NCBI GenBank assembly: GCA_964016885.1
Contig: OZ024743.1
Coordinates: 206,708,001-206,772,000, forward strand
Source of the DNA: Eledone cirrhosa
Lineage: Eukaryota
Direction of reading: 5' to 3'
Length of the DNA: 64,000 nt
The translations under genes were made by a program, and so were the position numbers. The number at the start of each line of letters is the position of its first letter. The stretch's first letter is position 1. Positions 25,301 through 39,900 of the stretch are shown piece after piece. Under the pieces are notes generated by a model. That model was not told where the DNA came from. It worked only from the letters and a program-made list of their open reading frames with translations, and made no database searches.

Positions 25301-27872
25301 TGTTGAGACAATGGTCTTACAGTAGTTGTGACTATGGTGTTCATACAGTGGTCTTATGACTATGGTGTTGATACAGTGGTATTACGGTAGTTATGACGAT
25401 GGTGTTGATACAGTGGTCTTACAGTAGTTGTGACTGTGGTGTTGATACAGTGGTCTTAGAGTAGTTGTGACTGTATTGTTGATACAGTGGTCTTACAGTA
25501 GTTGTGACTATGGATTTTATACAGTGGTCTTATGACTATGGTGTTGATACAGTGGTCTTACGGTAGTTATGACTATGGTGTTTATACAGTGGTCTTACAG
25601 TAGTTGTGACTATGGTGTTGATACAGTGGTATTACAGACGTTGTGACTATGGTGTTGATGCAGTGGTCTTACAGTAGTTGTGACTATGGTGTTGAAACAG
25701 TAGGCCTACAGTAGTTGTGAATTTTGTGTTGATACAGTGGTCTTACAGACGTTGTGACTGTGGTGTTGATACAGTGGTCTTACAGTAGTTGTGACTACGG
25801 TGTTGAATCAGTGGTCTTACAGTAGTTGTGGCTGTGGTGTTGATACAGTGGTCTTACAGTTGTTGTAGCTGTGGTGTTGATACAGTGATCTTACAGTAGT
25901 TGTGACTGTGATGTTGATACAGTGGTGTTACAGTAGTTATAACTGTGGTGCTGATACAGTGTTCTTACAGTAGTTCTGACTATGGTGTAGATACAGTTGT
26001 CTTACAGTAGTTGTGACTATGGTGTTGATACAGTGGTCTTATGACTATGGTGTTGATACAGTGGTCTTACAGTAGTTGTGACTATGGTGTTGATAAAGTG
26101 GTCTTACTGTAGTTGTGACTGTGGTGTTCATACAGTGGTCTTACATTAGTTGTGACTATGGTGTTGATACAGTGGTCTTACAGTAGTTATGACTATGGTG
26201 TTGATACAGTGGTCTTACAGTAGTTGTCACTATGGTGTTGATACGGTGGTCTTATGACTATGGTGTTGATACAGTGGTCTTACGGTAGTTATGACTATGG
26301 TGTTGATACAGTGGTCTTACAGGAGTTGTGAATATGGTGTTGATACAGTGGTATTACGGTAGTTGTGATTATGGTGTTGATACAGTGGTCTTACAGTAGT
26401 TGTGGCTGTGGTGTTGATACAGTGGTCTTAGAGTAGTTATGACTGTGGTGTTGATACAGTGGTCTTACAGTAGTTGTGTTTGTGGTGTTGATACAGTGGT
26501 CTTACAGTAGTTGTGACTGTGGTGTTGATACAGTGGTCTTACAGTAGTTGTGACTGTGGTGTTGATACAGTGGTCTTACAGTAGTTATGACTGTGGTGTT
26601 TATACAGTGGTCTTACTGTAGTTGTGACTATGGTGTTGATACAGTGGTCTTACATTAGTTATGACTATGGTGTTGATACAGTGGTCTTACAGTAGTTGTG
26701 ACTATGGTGTTGATACAGTGGTCTTACAGTAGTTGTGACTATGGTGTTGATACAGTGGTCTTATGACTATGGTGTTGATACAGTGGTCTTACGGTACTTA
26801 TGACTATGGTGTTGATACAGTGGTCTTACAGTAGTTGTGACTATGGTGTTGATACAGTGGTATTACAGTAGTTGTGACTATGTTGTTGATGCAGTGGTCT
26901 TATGACTATGGTGTTGATACAGTGGTCTTACAGTAGTTATGACTATGGTGTTGATACACTGGTCTTACAGTAGTTGTGACTATGGTGTTGATACAGTGGT
27001 CTTATGACTATGGTGTTGATACATTGGTCTTACGGTAGTTATGACTATGGTGTTGATACAGTGGTCTTACAGTAGTTGTGACTGTGGTGTCGATACAGTG
27101 GTCTTAGAGTAGTTGTGACTGTATTGTTGATACAATGGTCTTACAGTAGTTGTGACTATGGATTTTATACAGTGGTCTTACAGTAGTTATGACTATGGTG
27201 TTGATACAGTGGTCTTACGGTAGTTATGACTATGGTGTTGATACAGTCGTCTTACACTAGTTGTGAATATGGTGTTAATACAGTGGTCTTACAGTAGTTG
27301 TGACTATGGTTTTGATACGGTGGTCGTAGTGTAGTTATGACTATGCTGTTGATACAGTGGGCTTACAGTAGTTGTGACTGTGGTGTTGATACAGTGGTCT
27401 TAGAGTAGTTGTGACTGTGTTGTTGATACAGTGGTCTTACAGTAGTTGTGACTATGGCTTTTATACAGTGGTCTTACAATAGTTGTGACTATGGTGTTGC
27501 TACAGTGGTGTTAGAGTAGTTATGACTGTGGTGTTGATACAGTGGTCTTACAGTAGTTATGGTTGTGGTGTTGATACAGTTGTCTTACAGTAGTTGTGAC
27601 TGTGGTGTTGATACAGTGGTCTTACAGTAGTTGTGACTGTGGTGTTGATACAGTGGTCTTACTGTAGTTGTGACTGTGGTGTTGATACAGTGGTCTTACA
27701 GTAGTTATGACTGTGGTGTTGATACAGTGTTCTTACAGTTATTGTGACTATTGTGTTGATACAGTGGTCTTAAAGTAGTTGTGACTATGGTGTTTATACA
27801 GTGGTCTTACATTAGTTATGACTATGGTATTGATACAGTGGTCTTACGGTAGTTATGACTATGGTGTTCATA

Positions 27873-27909
27873 CAGTGGTCTTACAGTCATAACTACTGTA
27901 AGACCACTG
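27873..27909. repeat. Fold-back monomer (copy 7, haplotype A; last copy seen)
   Basis: Same 37-nt hairpin sequence, 5518 bp after copy 6. Confidence 0.95.
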
Positions 27910-30900
27910 ATACAGTGGACTTACAGTAGTTGTGACTATGGTGTTGATGCAGTGGTCTTACATTAGTTATGACTATGGTGTTGATACAGTGGTCTTACAG
28001 TTATTGTGGTGTTGATACAGTGTTCTTACAGTTATTGTGACTATGGTGTTGATACAATAGTCTTACAGTAGTTGTAACTATGGTGTTGATACAATGGTCT
28101 TATTTTGTTGATACAGTGGTCTTACGGTAGTTATGTCTATGCTGTTCATACAGTGGTCTTACAGTATTTGTGACCGTGCTGCTGACACACTGGTCTTACA
28201 GTAGTTGGGACTATGGTGTTGATACAGTGGTCTTACAGTAGTTGTGACTATGGTGTTGATACAGTGGTATTACAGTAGTTGTGACTAATGGTGTTGATAC
28301 AGTGGTCTTATGACTATGGTGTTGATACAGAGGTCTTACCATAGTTATGACTATGGTGTTGATACAGTGGTCTTATGACTATGGTGTTGATGTAGTGGTG
28401 TTACGTTAGTTATGACTATGGTGTTGATACAGTGGTCTTACTGTAGTTGTGACTATGGTTTTGATACGGTGGTCTTAGAGTAGTTATGACTATGCTGTTG
28501 ATACAGTGGGATTACAGTAGTTGTGACTATGGTGTAGATACAGTGGTCTTACAGTCGTTGTGACTATGGGGTTTATACAGTGGTCTTATGACTATGGTGT
28601 TGATACAGTGGTCTTACAGTAGTTGTGACTATGGTGTTGATACAGTGGTCTTACAGTAGTTGTGAATATGGTGTTGATAAAGTGGTCTTACTGTAGTTGT
28701 GACTGTGGTGTTGATACATTGGTCTTACAATAGTTGTGACTATAGTGTTGATACAGTGGTCTTACAGTAGTTATGACTATGGTGTTGATACAGTGGTCTT
28801 ATTGTAGTTGTGACTGTGGTGTTGATACAGTGCTCTTACAATAATTGTCACTATGGTGTTGATACAGTGGTCTTATGACTATGGTGTTGATACAGTCGTC
28901 TTACGGTAGTTATGACTATGGTGTTGATACAGTGGTCTTACACTAGTTGTGAATATGGTGTTAATACAGTGGTCTTACGGTAGTTGTCACTATGGTGTTG
29001 ATACAGTGGTCTTACAGTAGTTGTGACTGTGGTGCTGATACAGTGGTCTTACGGTAGTTGCGACTATGGTGTTGATACAGTGGTCTTACAGTAGTTGTGA
29101 CTATAGTGTTGATACAGTGGTCTTACAGTAGTTGTGACTATGGTGTTGATACAGTGGTATTACAGTAGTTGTGATTATGGTGTTGATACAGTGGTCTTAC
29201 AGTAGTTGTGGCTGTGGTGTTGATACAGTGGTCTTAGAGTAGTTATGACTGTGGTGTTGATACAGTCGTCTTACAGTAGTTGTGGTTGTGGTGTTGATAC
29301 AGTGGTCTTACAATAGTTGTGACTGTGGTGTTGATACAGTGGTCTTACAGTAGTTGTGACTGTGGTGTTGATACAGTGGTCTTACAGTAGTTATGACTGT
29401 GGTGTTTATACAGTGGTCTTACTGTAGTTGTGACTATGGTGTTGATACAGTGGTCTTACATTAGTTATGACTATGGTGTTGATACAGTGGTCTTACAGTA
29501 GTTGTGACTATGGTTTTTATACAGTGGTCTTACTGTAGTTGTGACTGTGGTGTTGATACAGTGGTCTTACAATAGTTGTGACTATGGTGTTAATACAGTA
29601 TTCTTACAGTAGTTATGACTATGGTGTTGATACAGTGGTCTTACAGTAGTTGTGACTATGGTGTTGATGCAGTGGTCTTATCACTATGGTGTTGATACAT
29701 TGGTCTTACGGTAGTTATGACTATGGTGTTGATACAGTGGTCTTACAGTAGTTGTGACTGTGGTGTTGATACAGTGGTCTTAGAGTAGTTGTGACTGTAT
29801 TGTTGATACAGTGGTCTTACAGTAGTTGTGACTATGGATTTTATACAGTGGTCTTACAGTAGTTATGACTATGGTGTTGATAGAATGGCCTTACGGTAGT
29901 TATGACTATGGTGTTGATACAGGTGTCTTACAGTAGTTGTGACTATGGTGTTGATACAGTCGTCTTACACTAGTTGTGAATATGGTGTTAATACAGTGGT
30001 CTTACAGTACTTGTGACTATGGTGTTGATACAGTGGTCTTACAGTAGTTGTGACTGTGGTGCTGATACAGTGGTCTTAGAGTAGTTGCGACTATGGTGTT
30101 GATACAGTGGTCTTACAGTAGTTGTGGCTGTGGTGTTGATACAGTGGTCTTAGAGTAGTTATGACTGTGGTGTTGATACAGTGGTCTTACAGTAGTTGTG
30201 GTTGTGGTGTTGATACAGTGGTCTTGCAGTAGTTGTGACTGTGGAGTTGATACAGTGGTTTTACAGTAGTTGTGACTGTGGTGTTGATACAGTGGTCTTA
30301 CAGTAGTTATGACTGTGGTGTTTATACAGTGGTCTTACTGTAGTTGTGACTATGGTGTTGATACAGTGGTCTTACATTAGTTATGACTATGGTGTTGATA
30401 CAGTGGTCTTACGGTAGTTATGACTATGGTGTTCATACAGTGGTCTTACAGTAGTTGTGACTATGGTGTTTATACAGTGGTCTTACTGTAGTTGTGACTG
30501 TGGTGTTGATACAGTAGTCTTACAATAGTTGTGAGTATGGTGTTGATACAGTGTTCTTACAGTAGTTATGACTATGGTGTTGATACAGTGGTCTTACAGT
30601 AGTTGTGACTATGGTGTTGATACAGTGGTCTTATGACTATGGTGTTGATACAGTGGTCTTACGGTAGTTATGACTATGGTGTTGATACAGTGGTCTTAAA
30701 GTAGTTGTGACTATGGTGTTGATACAGTGGTATTACAGTAGTTGTGACTATGGTGTTGATACAGTGGTCTTATGACTATGGTGTTGATACAGTGGTCTTA
30801 CAGTAGTTATGACTATGGTGTTGAGACAATGGTCTTACAGTAGTTGTGACTATGGTGTTCATACAGTGGTCTTATGACTATGGTGTTGATACAGTGGTAT

Positions 30901-33900
30901 TACGGTAGTTATGACGATGGTGTTGATACAGTGGTCTTACAGTAGTTGTGACTGTGGTGTTGATACAGTGGTCTTAGAGTAGTTGTGACTGTATTGTTGA
31001 TACAGTGGTCTTACAGTAGTTGTGACTATGGATTTTATACAGTGGTCTTATGACTATGGTGTTGATACAGTGGTCTTACGGTAGTTATGACTATGGTGTT
31101 TATACAGTGGTCTTACAGTAGTTGTGACTATGGTGTTGATACAGTGGTATTACAGACGTTGTGACTATGGTGTTGATGCAGTGGTCTTACAGTAGTTGTG
31201 ACTATGGTGTTGAAACAGTAGGCCTACAGTAGTTGTGAATTTTGTGTTGATACAGTGGTCTTACAGACGTTGTGACTGTGGTGTTGATACAGTGGTCTTA
31301 CAGTAGTTGTGACTACGGTGTTGAATCAGTGGTCTTACAGTAGTTGTGGCTGTGGTGTTGATACAGTGGTCTTACAGTTGTTGTAGCTGTGGTGTTGATA
31401 CAGTGATCTTACAGTAGTTGTGACTGTGATGTTGATACAGTGGTGTTACAGTAGTTATAACTGTGGTGCTGATACAGTGTTCTTACAGTAGTTCTGACTA
31501 TGGTGTAGATACAGTTGTCTTACAGTAGTTGTGACTATGGTGTTGATACAGTGGTCTTATGACTATGGTGTTGATACAGTGGTCTTACAGTAGTTGTGAC
31601 TATGGTGTTGATAAAGTGGTCTTACTGTAGTTGTGACTGTGGTGTTCATACAGTGGTCTTACATTAGTTGTGACTATGGTGTTGATACAGTGGTCTTACA
31701 GTAGTTATGACTATGGTGTTGATACAGTGGTCTTACAGTAGTTGTCACTATGGTGTTGATACGGTGGTCTTATGACTATGGTGTTGATACAGTGGTCTTA
31801 CGGTAGTTATGACTATGGTGTTGATACAGTGGTCTTACAGGAGTTGTGAATATGGTGTTGATACAGTGGTATTACGGTAGTTGTGATTATGGTGTTGATA
31901 CAGTGGTCTTACAGTAGTTGTGGCTGTGGTGTTGATACAGTGGTCTTAGAGTAGTTATGACTGTGGTGTTGATACAGTGGTCTTACAGTAGTTGTGTTTG
32001 TGGTGTTGATACAGTGGTCTTACAGTAGTTGTGACTGTGGTGTTGATACAGTGGTCTTACAGTAGTTGTGACTGTGGTGTTGATACAGTGGTCTTACAGT
32101 AGTTATGACTGTGGTGTTTATACAGTGGTCTTACTGTAGTTGTGACTATGGTGTTGATACAGTGGTCTTACATTAGTTATGACTATGGTGTTGATACAGT
32201 GGTCTTACAGTAGTTGTGACTATGGTGTTGATACAGTGGTCTTACAGTAGTTGTGACTATGGTGTTGATACAGTGGTCTTATGACTATGGTGTTGATACA
32301 GTGGTCTTACGGTACTTATGACTATGGTGTTGATACAGTGGTCTTACAGTAGTTGTGACTATGGTGTTGATACAGTGGTATTACAGTAGTTGTGACTATG
32401 TTGTTGATGCAGTGGTCTTATGACTATGGTGTTGATACAGTGGTCTTACAGTAGTTATGACTATGGTGTTGATACACTGGTCTTACAGTAGTTGTGACTA
32501 TGGTGTTGATACAGTGGTCTTATGACTATGGTGTTGATACATTGGTCTTACGGTAGTTATGACTATGGTGTTGATACAGTGGTCTTACAGTAGTTGTGAC
32601 TGTGGTGTCGATACAGTGGTCTTAGAGTAGTTGTGACTGTATTGTTGATACAATGGTCTTACAGTAGTTGTGACTATGGATTTTATACAGTGGTCTTACA
32701 GTAGTTATGACTATGGTGTTGATACAGTGGTCTTACGGTAGTTATGACTATGGTGTTGATACAGTCGTCTTACACTAGTTGTGAATATGGTGTTAATACA
32801 GTGGTCTTACAGTAGTTGTGACTATGGTGTTGATACAGTGGTCTTACAGTAGTTGTGACTGTGGTGCTGATACAATGGTCTTAGAGTAGTTGCGACTATG
32901 GTGTTGATACAGTGGTCTTACAGTAGTTGTGACTATGGTGTTGATACAGTGGTCTTACAGTAGTTGTGACTATGGTGTTGATACAGTGGTATTACAGTAG
33001 TTGTGATTATGGTGTTGATACAGTGGTATTACAGTAGTTGTGATTATGGTGTTGATACAGTGGTCTTACAGTAGTTGTGGCTGTGGTGATGATACAATGG
33101 TCTTAGAGTAGTTATGACTGTGGTGTTGATACAGTGGTCTTACAGTAGTTGTGGTTGTGGTGTTGATACAGTGGTCTTGCAGTAGTTGTGACTGTGGTGT
33201 TGATACAGTGGTCTTACAGTAGTTATGACTGTGGTGTTTATACAGTGGTCTTACTGTAGTTGTGACTATGGTGTTGATACAGTGGTCTTACATTAGTTAT
33301 GACTATGGTGTTGATACAGTGGTCTTACGGTAGTTATGACTATGGTGTTCATACAGTGGTCTTACAGTAGTTGTGACTATGGTGTTTATACAGTGGTCTT
33401 ACTGTAGTTGTGACTGTGGTGTTGATACAGTAGTCTTACAATAGTTGTGAGTATGGTGTTGATACAGTGTTCTTACAGTAGTTATGACTATGGTGTTGAT
33501 ACAGTGGTCTTACAGTAGTTGTGACTATGGTGTTGATACAGTGGTCTTATGACTATGGTGTTGATACAGTGGTCTTACGGTAGTTATGACTATGGTGTTG
33601 ATACAGTGGTCTTAAAGTAGTTTTGACTATGGTGTTGATACAGTGGTATTACAGTAGTTGTGACTATGGTGTTGATACAGTGGTCTTATGACTATGGTGT
33701 TGATACAGTGGTCTTACAGTAGTTATGACTATGGTGTTGAGACAATGGTCTTACAGTAGTTGTGACTATGGTGTTCATACAGTGGTCTTATGACTATGGT
33801 GTTGATACAGTGGTATTACGGTAGTTATGACGATGGTGTTGATACAGTGGTCTTACAGTAGTTGTGACTGTGGTGTTGATACAGTGGTCTTAGAGTAGTT

Positions 33901-36900
33901 GTGACTGTATTGTTGATACAGTGGTCTTACAGTAGTTGTGACTATGGATTTTATACAGTGGTCTTGTGACTATGGTGTTGATACAGTGGTCTTACGGTAG
34001 TTATGACTATGGTGTTTATACAGTGGTCTTACAGTAGTTGTGACTATGGTGTTGATACAGTGGTATTACAGACGTTGTGACTATGGTGTTGATGCAGTGG
34101 TCTTACAGTAGTTGTGACTATGGTGTTGAAACAGTAGGCCTACAGTAGTTGTGAATTTTGTGTTGATACAGTGGTCTTACAGACGTTGTGACTGTGGTGT
34201 TGATACAGTGGTCTTACAGTAGTTGTGACTACGGTGTTGAATCAGTGGTCTTACAGTAGTTGTGGCTGTGGTGTTGATACAGTGGTCTTACAGTTGTTGT
34301 AGCTGTGGTGTTGATACAGTGATCTTACAGTAGTTGTGACTGTGATGTTGATACAGTGGTGTTACAGTAGTTATAACTGTGGTGCTGATACAGTGTTCTT
34401 ACAGTAGTTCTGACTATGGTGTAGATACAGTTGTCTTACAGTAGTTGTGACTATGGTGTTGATACAGTGGTCTTATGACTATGGTGTTGATACAGTGGTC
34501 TTACAGTAGTTGTGACTATGGTGTTGATAAAGTGGTCTTACTGTAGTTGTGACTGTGGTGTTCATACAGTGGTCTTACATTAGTTGTGACTATGGTGTTG
34601 ATACAGTGGTCTTACAGTAGTTATGACTATGGTGTTGATACAGTGGTCTTACAGTAGTTGTCACTATGGTGTTGATACGGTGGTCTTATGACTATGGTGT
34701 TGATACAGTGGTCTTACGGTAGTTATGACTATGGTGTTGATACAGTGGTCTTACAGGAGTTGTGAATATGGTGTTGATAGAGTGGTCTTACAGTAGTTGT
34801 GACTATGGTGTTGATAAAGTGGTCTTACTGTAGTTATGACTGTGGTGTTGATACAGTGGTCTTACAGTGGTTGTGACTGTGGTGCTGATACAGTGGTCTT
34901 ACAGTAGTTGTGACTATGGTGTTGATACAATGGTCTTACAGTAGTTGTGGTTGTGGTGTTGATACAGTGGTCTTTCAGTAGTTGTGACTGTGGTGTTGAT
35001 ACAGTGGTCTTACAGTAGTTGTGACTGTCGTGTTGATACAGTGGTCTTACAGTAGTTATGACTGTGGTATTGATACAGTGTTCTTACAGTTATTGTGACT
35101 ATGGTGTTGATACAGTGGTCTTACATTAGTTATGACTATGGTGATGATACAGTGGTCTTACGGTAGTTATGACTATGGTGTTCATACAGTGGTCTTACAG
35201 TAGTTGTGACTATGGTGTTTATACAGTGGTCTTACTGTAGTTGTGACTGTGGTGTTGATACAGTGGTGTTACAGTAGTTGTGACTATGGTGTTGATACAG
35301 TGGTATTACAGTAGTTGTGACTATGGTGTTGATACAGTGGTCTTATGACTATGGTGTTGATACAGTGGCCTTACAGTAGTTATGACAATGGTGTTGATAC
35401 AGTGGTCTTACAGTAGTTGTGACTATGGTGTTGATACAGTGGTCTTATGACTATGGTGTTGATACAGTGGTCTTATTCTAGTTATGACTATGGTGTTGAT
35501 ACAGTGGTCTTACAGTAGTTGTGACTATGGTTTTGATACGGTGGTCTTAGAGTAGTTATGACTATGCTGTTGATACAGTGGGCTTACAGTAGTTGTGACT
35601 GTGGTGTTGATACAGTGGTCTTAGAGTAGTTGTGACTGTGTTTTTGATACAGTGGTCTTACAGTAGTTGTGACTATGGTGTTGATACAGTGGTCTTCTGA
35701 CTATGGTGTTGATACAGAGGTCTTACGGTAGTTATGACTATGGTGTTTATACAGTGGTCTTACAGTAGTTGTGACTATGGTGTTGATACAGTGGTATTAC
35801 AGACGTTGTGACTATGGTGTTGATGCAGTGGTCTTACAGTAGTTGTGACTATGGTGTTGATACAGTAGGCTTACAGTAGTTGTGAATTTTGTGTTGATAC
35901 AGTGGTCTTACAGACGTTGTGACTGTGGTGTTGATACAGTGGTCTTACAGTAGTTGTGACTACGGTGTTGAATTAGTGGTCTTGCAGTAGTTGTGGCTCT
36001 GGTGTTGATACAGTGGTCTTACAGTAGTTGTGGCTGTGGTGTTGATACAGTGGTCTTACAGTAGTTGTGGCTGTGGTGTTGATACAGTGATCTTACAGTA
36101 GTTGTGACTGTGATGTTGATACAATGGTGTTACAGTAGTTATAACTGTGGTGTTGATACAGTGTTCTTACAGTAGTTGTGACTATGGTGTAGATACAGTT
36201 GTCTTACAGTAGTTGTGACTATGGTGTTGATACAGTGGTCTTATGACTATGGTGTTGATACAGTGGTCTTACAGTAGTTGTGACTATGGTGTTGATAAAG
36301 TGGTCTTACAGTAGTTATGACTGTGGTGTTGATACAGTGGTCTTACAGTAGTTGTAACTATGGTGTTGATACAGTGGTCTTACAGTAGTTATGACTATGG
36401 TGATGATACAGTGGTCTTACGGTAGTTATGACTATGGTGTTCATACTGTGGTCTTACAGTAGTTGTGACTATGGTGTTTATACAGTGGTCTTACTGTAGT
36501 TGTGACTGTGGTGTTGATACAGTGGTCTTACAGTAGTTGTGACTATGGTGTTGATACAGTAGTATTACAGTAGTTGTGATTATGGTGTTGATACAGTGGT
36601 CTTATGACTATGGTGTTGATACAGTGGTCTTACAGTAGTTATGACTATGGTGTTGATACAGTGGTCTTAAAGTAGTTGTGACTATGGTGTTGATACAGTG
36701 GTCTTATGACTATGGTGTTGATACAGTGGTCTTATTCTAGTTATGACTATGGTGTTGATACAGTGGACTTACAGTAGTTGTGACTATGGTTTTGATACGG
36801 TGGTCTTAGAGTAGTTATGACTATGCTGTTGATACAGTGGGCTTACAGTAGTTGTGACTGTGGTGTTGATACAGTGTTCTTACGGTAGTTGTGACTGTGG

Positions 36901-39900
36901 TGTTGATACAGTGTTCTTACAGTTATTGTGACTATTGTGTTGATACAGTTGTCTTACAGTAGTTGTGACTATGGTGTTGATACAGTGGTCTTACATTACT
37001 TATGACTATGGTGTTGATACAGTGGTCTTACGGTAGTTATGACTATGGTGTTCATACAGTGGTCTTACAGTAGTTGTGACTATGGGGTTGATACAGTGGT
37101 CTTACTGTAGTTGTGACTGTGGTGTTGATACAGTGGTCTTACAATAGTTGTGACTATGGTCTTGATACAGTGGTCTTACAGTAGTTATGACTATGGTGTT
37201 GATACAGTGGTCTTACAGTAGTTGTGACTATGGTGTTGATACAGTGGTCTTATGACTATGGTGTTGATACAGTGGTCATACGGTAGTTATGACTATGGTG
37301 TTGATACAGTGATCTTACAGTAGTTGTGACCGCGGTGCTGACACAGTGGTTTTACAGTAGTTGTGACTATGGTGGTGATACAGTGGTCTTACAGTAGTTG
37401 TGACTATGGTGTTGATACAGTGGTCTTAAAGTAGTTATGACTATGGTGTTGATACGGCGGTCGTACAGTAGTTGTGACTATGGTGTTGATACATTGGTCT
37501 TATGACTATGGTGTTGATACAGTGGTCTTACGGTAGTTATGACTATGGTGTTGATACAGTGGTCTTACAGTAGTTGTGACTATGGTTTTGATACGGTGGT
37601 CTTAGAGTAGTTATGACTATGCTGTTGATACAGTGGGCTTACAGTAGTTGTGACTGTGGTGTTGATACAGTGGTCTTAGAGTAGTTGTGACTGTGTTGTT
37701 GATACAGTGGTCTTACAGTAGTTGTGGCTGTGGTGTTGATACAGTGGTCTTACAGTAGTTATAACTGTGGGATTGATACAGTGTTCTTATAGTAGTTGTG
37801 ACTATGGTGTAGATACAGTGGTCTTACAGTAGTTGTGACTATGGTGTTGATACAGTGGTCTTACAGTAGTTGTGTCTATGTTGTTGATACAGTGTTCTTA
37901 TGACTATGGTGTTGATACAGTGGTCTTTCGGTAGTTATGACTATGGTGTTGATACAGTGGTCTTACAGTAGTTGTGACTATGGTGTTGATACAGTGGTCT
38001 TACAGTAGTTGTGCCTATGGTGTTGATACAGTGGTCTTATGACTATGTTGTTGATACAGTGGTCTTACAGTAGTTGTGCCTATGGTGTTGATACAGTGGT
38101 CTTATGACTATGTTGTTGATACAGTGGTCTTACGGCAGTTATGACTATGGTGTTGATACAGTGGTCTTACAGTAGTTGTGACTATAGTTTTGATACTGTG
38201 GTCTTAGAGTAGTTATGACTATGCTGTTGATACAGTGGGCTTACAGTAGTTGTGACTGTGGTGTTGATACAGTGGTCTTAGAGTAGTTGTGACTGTGTTG
38301 TTGATACAGTGGTCTTACAGTAGTTGTGACTATGGCTTTTATACAGTGGTCTTACAGTAGTTATGACTATGGTGTTGATACAGTGGTCTTACGATAGATA
38401 TGACTATGGTGTTTGTACAGTGGTCTTACAGTAGTTGTGACTATGGTGTTCATACAGTGGTATTACAGACGTTGTGACAATGGTGTTGATACAGTGGTCT
38501 TACAGTAGTTGTGACTATGGTGTTGATACAGTGGGCTTACAGTAGTTGTGACTATTGTGTTGATACAGTGGTCTTACAGACGTTGTGACTGTGGTGTTGA
38601 TACAGTGGTCTTTCAGTAGTTGTGACTACGGTGTTGAATCAGTGGTCTTACAGTAGTTGTGTTTATGGTGTTGATACAGTGGTCTTACAGTAGTTGTGAC
38701 TGTTGTGTTGATACAGTGGTCGTACAGTAGTTGTGGCTGTGGTGTTGATACAGTTATCTTACAGTAGTTGTGACTGTGATGTTGATAGAGTGGTCTTACA
38801 GAAGTTATAACTGTGGTGTTGATACAGTGTTCTTACAGTAGTTGTGACTAAGGTGTAGATACAGTGGTCTTACAGTAGTTGTGACTATGGTGTTGATACA
38901 GTGGTCTTATGATTATGGTGTTGATACAGTGGTCTAACTGTAGTTGTGACTGTGGTGTTGATACAGTGGTCTTACAGTAGTTGTGACTCTGGTGCTGATA
39001 CAGTGGTCTTACAGTAGTTGTGACTGTGGTGTTGATACAGTTGTCTTACAGTAGTTGTGACTATGGTGTTGATACAGTGGTCTTACACTAGTTGTGACTG
39101 TGGTGTTGATACAGTGGTCTTACAGTAGTTGTGAGTGTGGTGTTGATACATTGGTCTTACAGTAGTTGTAACTGTGTTGTTGATACAGTGGTCTTACAGT
39201 AGTTGTGACTATAGTGTTGATACAGTGGTTTTGCAGTAGATGTGACTGTGGTGTTGATACAGTGGTCTTACAGTAGTTGTGACTGTGGTGTTGATACAGT
39301 GGTCTTACAGTTGTTGTGACTATAGTGTTGATACAGTGGTATTACAGACGTTGTGACTATGGTGTTGATACAGTTGTCTTACAGTAGTTGTGACTATGGT
39401 GTTGATACAGTGGTCTTACAGACGTTGTGACTGTGGTGTTGATACAGTGGTCTTACAGTAGTTGTGACTACGGTGTTGAATCAGTTGTCTTACAGTAGTT
39501 GTGATTATGGTGTTGATACAGTGGTCTTACTGTTGTGGCTGTGGTGTTGATACAGTGGTCTTACAGTTGTTGTGACTATAGTGTTGATACAGTGGTATTA
39601 CAGACGTTATGACTATGGTGTTGATACAGCGGTCTTACGATAGTTATGACTATGGTGTTTATACAGTGGTCTTACAGTAGGTGTGACTATGGTGTTCATA
39701 CAGTGGTATTACAGACGTTGTGACAATGGTGTTGATACAGTGGTCTTACAGTAGTTGTGACTATTGTGTTGATACAGTGGGCTTACAGTAGTTGTGACTA
39801 TTGTGTTGATACAGTGGTCTTATGACTATGGTGTTGATACAGTGGTCTTATTCTAGTTATGACTATGGTGTTGATACAGTGGTCTTACATTAGTTGTGAC

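Larger units (their letters stand above)
21760..32795 (+). repeat. Two-copy tandem duplication of 5518 bp (21760-27277 / 27278-32795)
   Basis: Rare variants match at a constant 5518 offset: 21783/27301, hairpin 22355/27873, TAGAATGGCC 24363/29881, 27243/32761. First mismatches flanking the block are at 21759/27277 and 27311/32829. Confidence 0.92.

Noticed and set aside
37340-37355. RSS/Transib-like heptamers (CACAGTG here; CACTGTG and CACTATG in other variants)
   Set aside because: These are single-base variants of consensus TACAGTG or GACTRTG. There is no ACAAAAACC nonamer at 12/23 spacing and no transposase.
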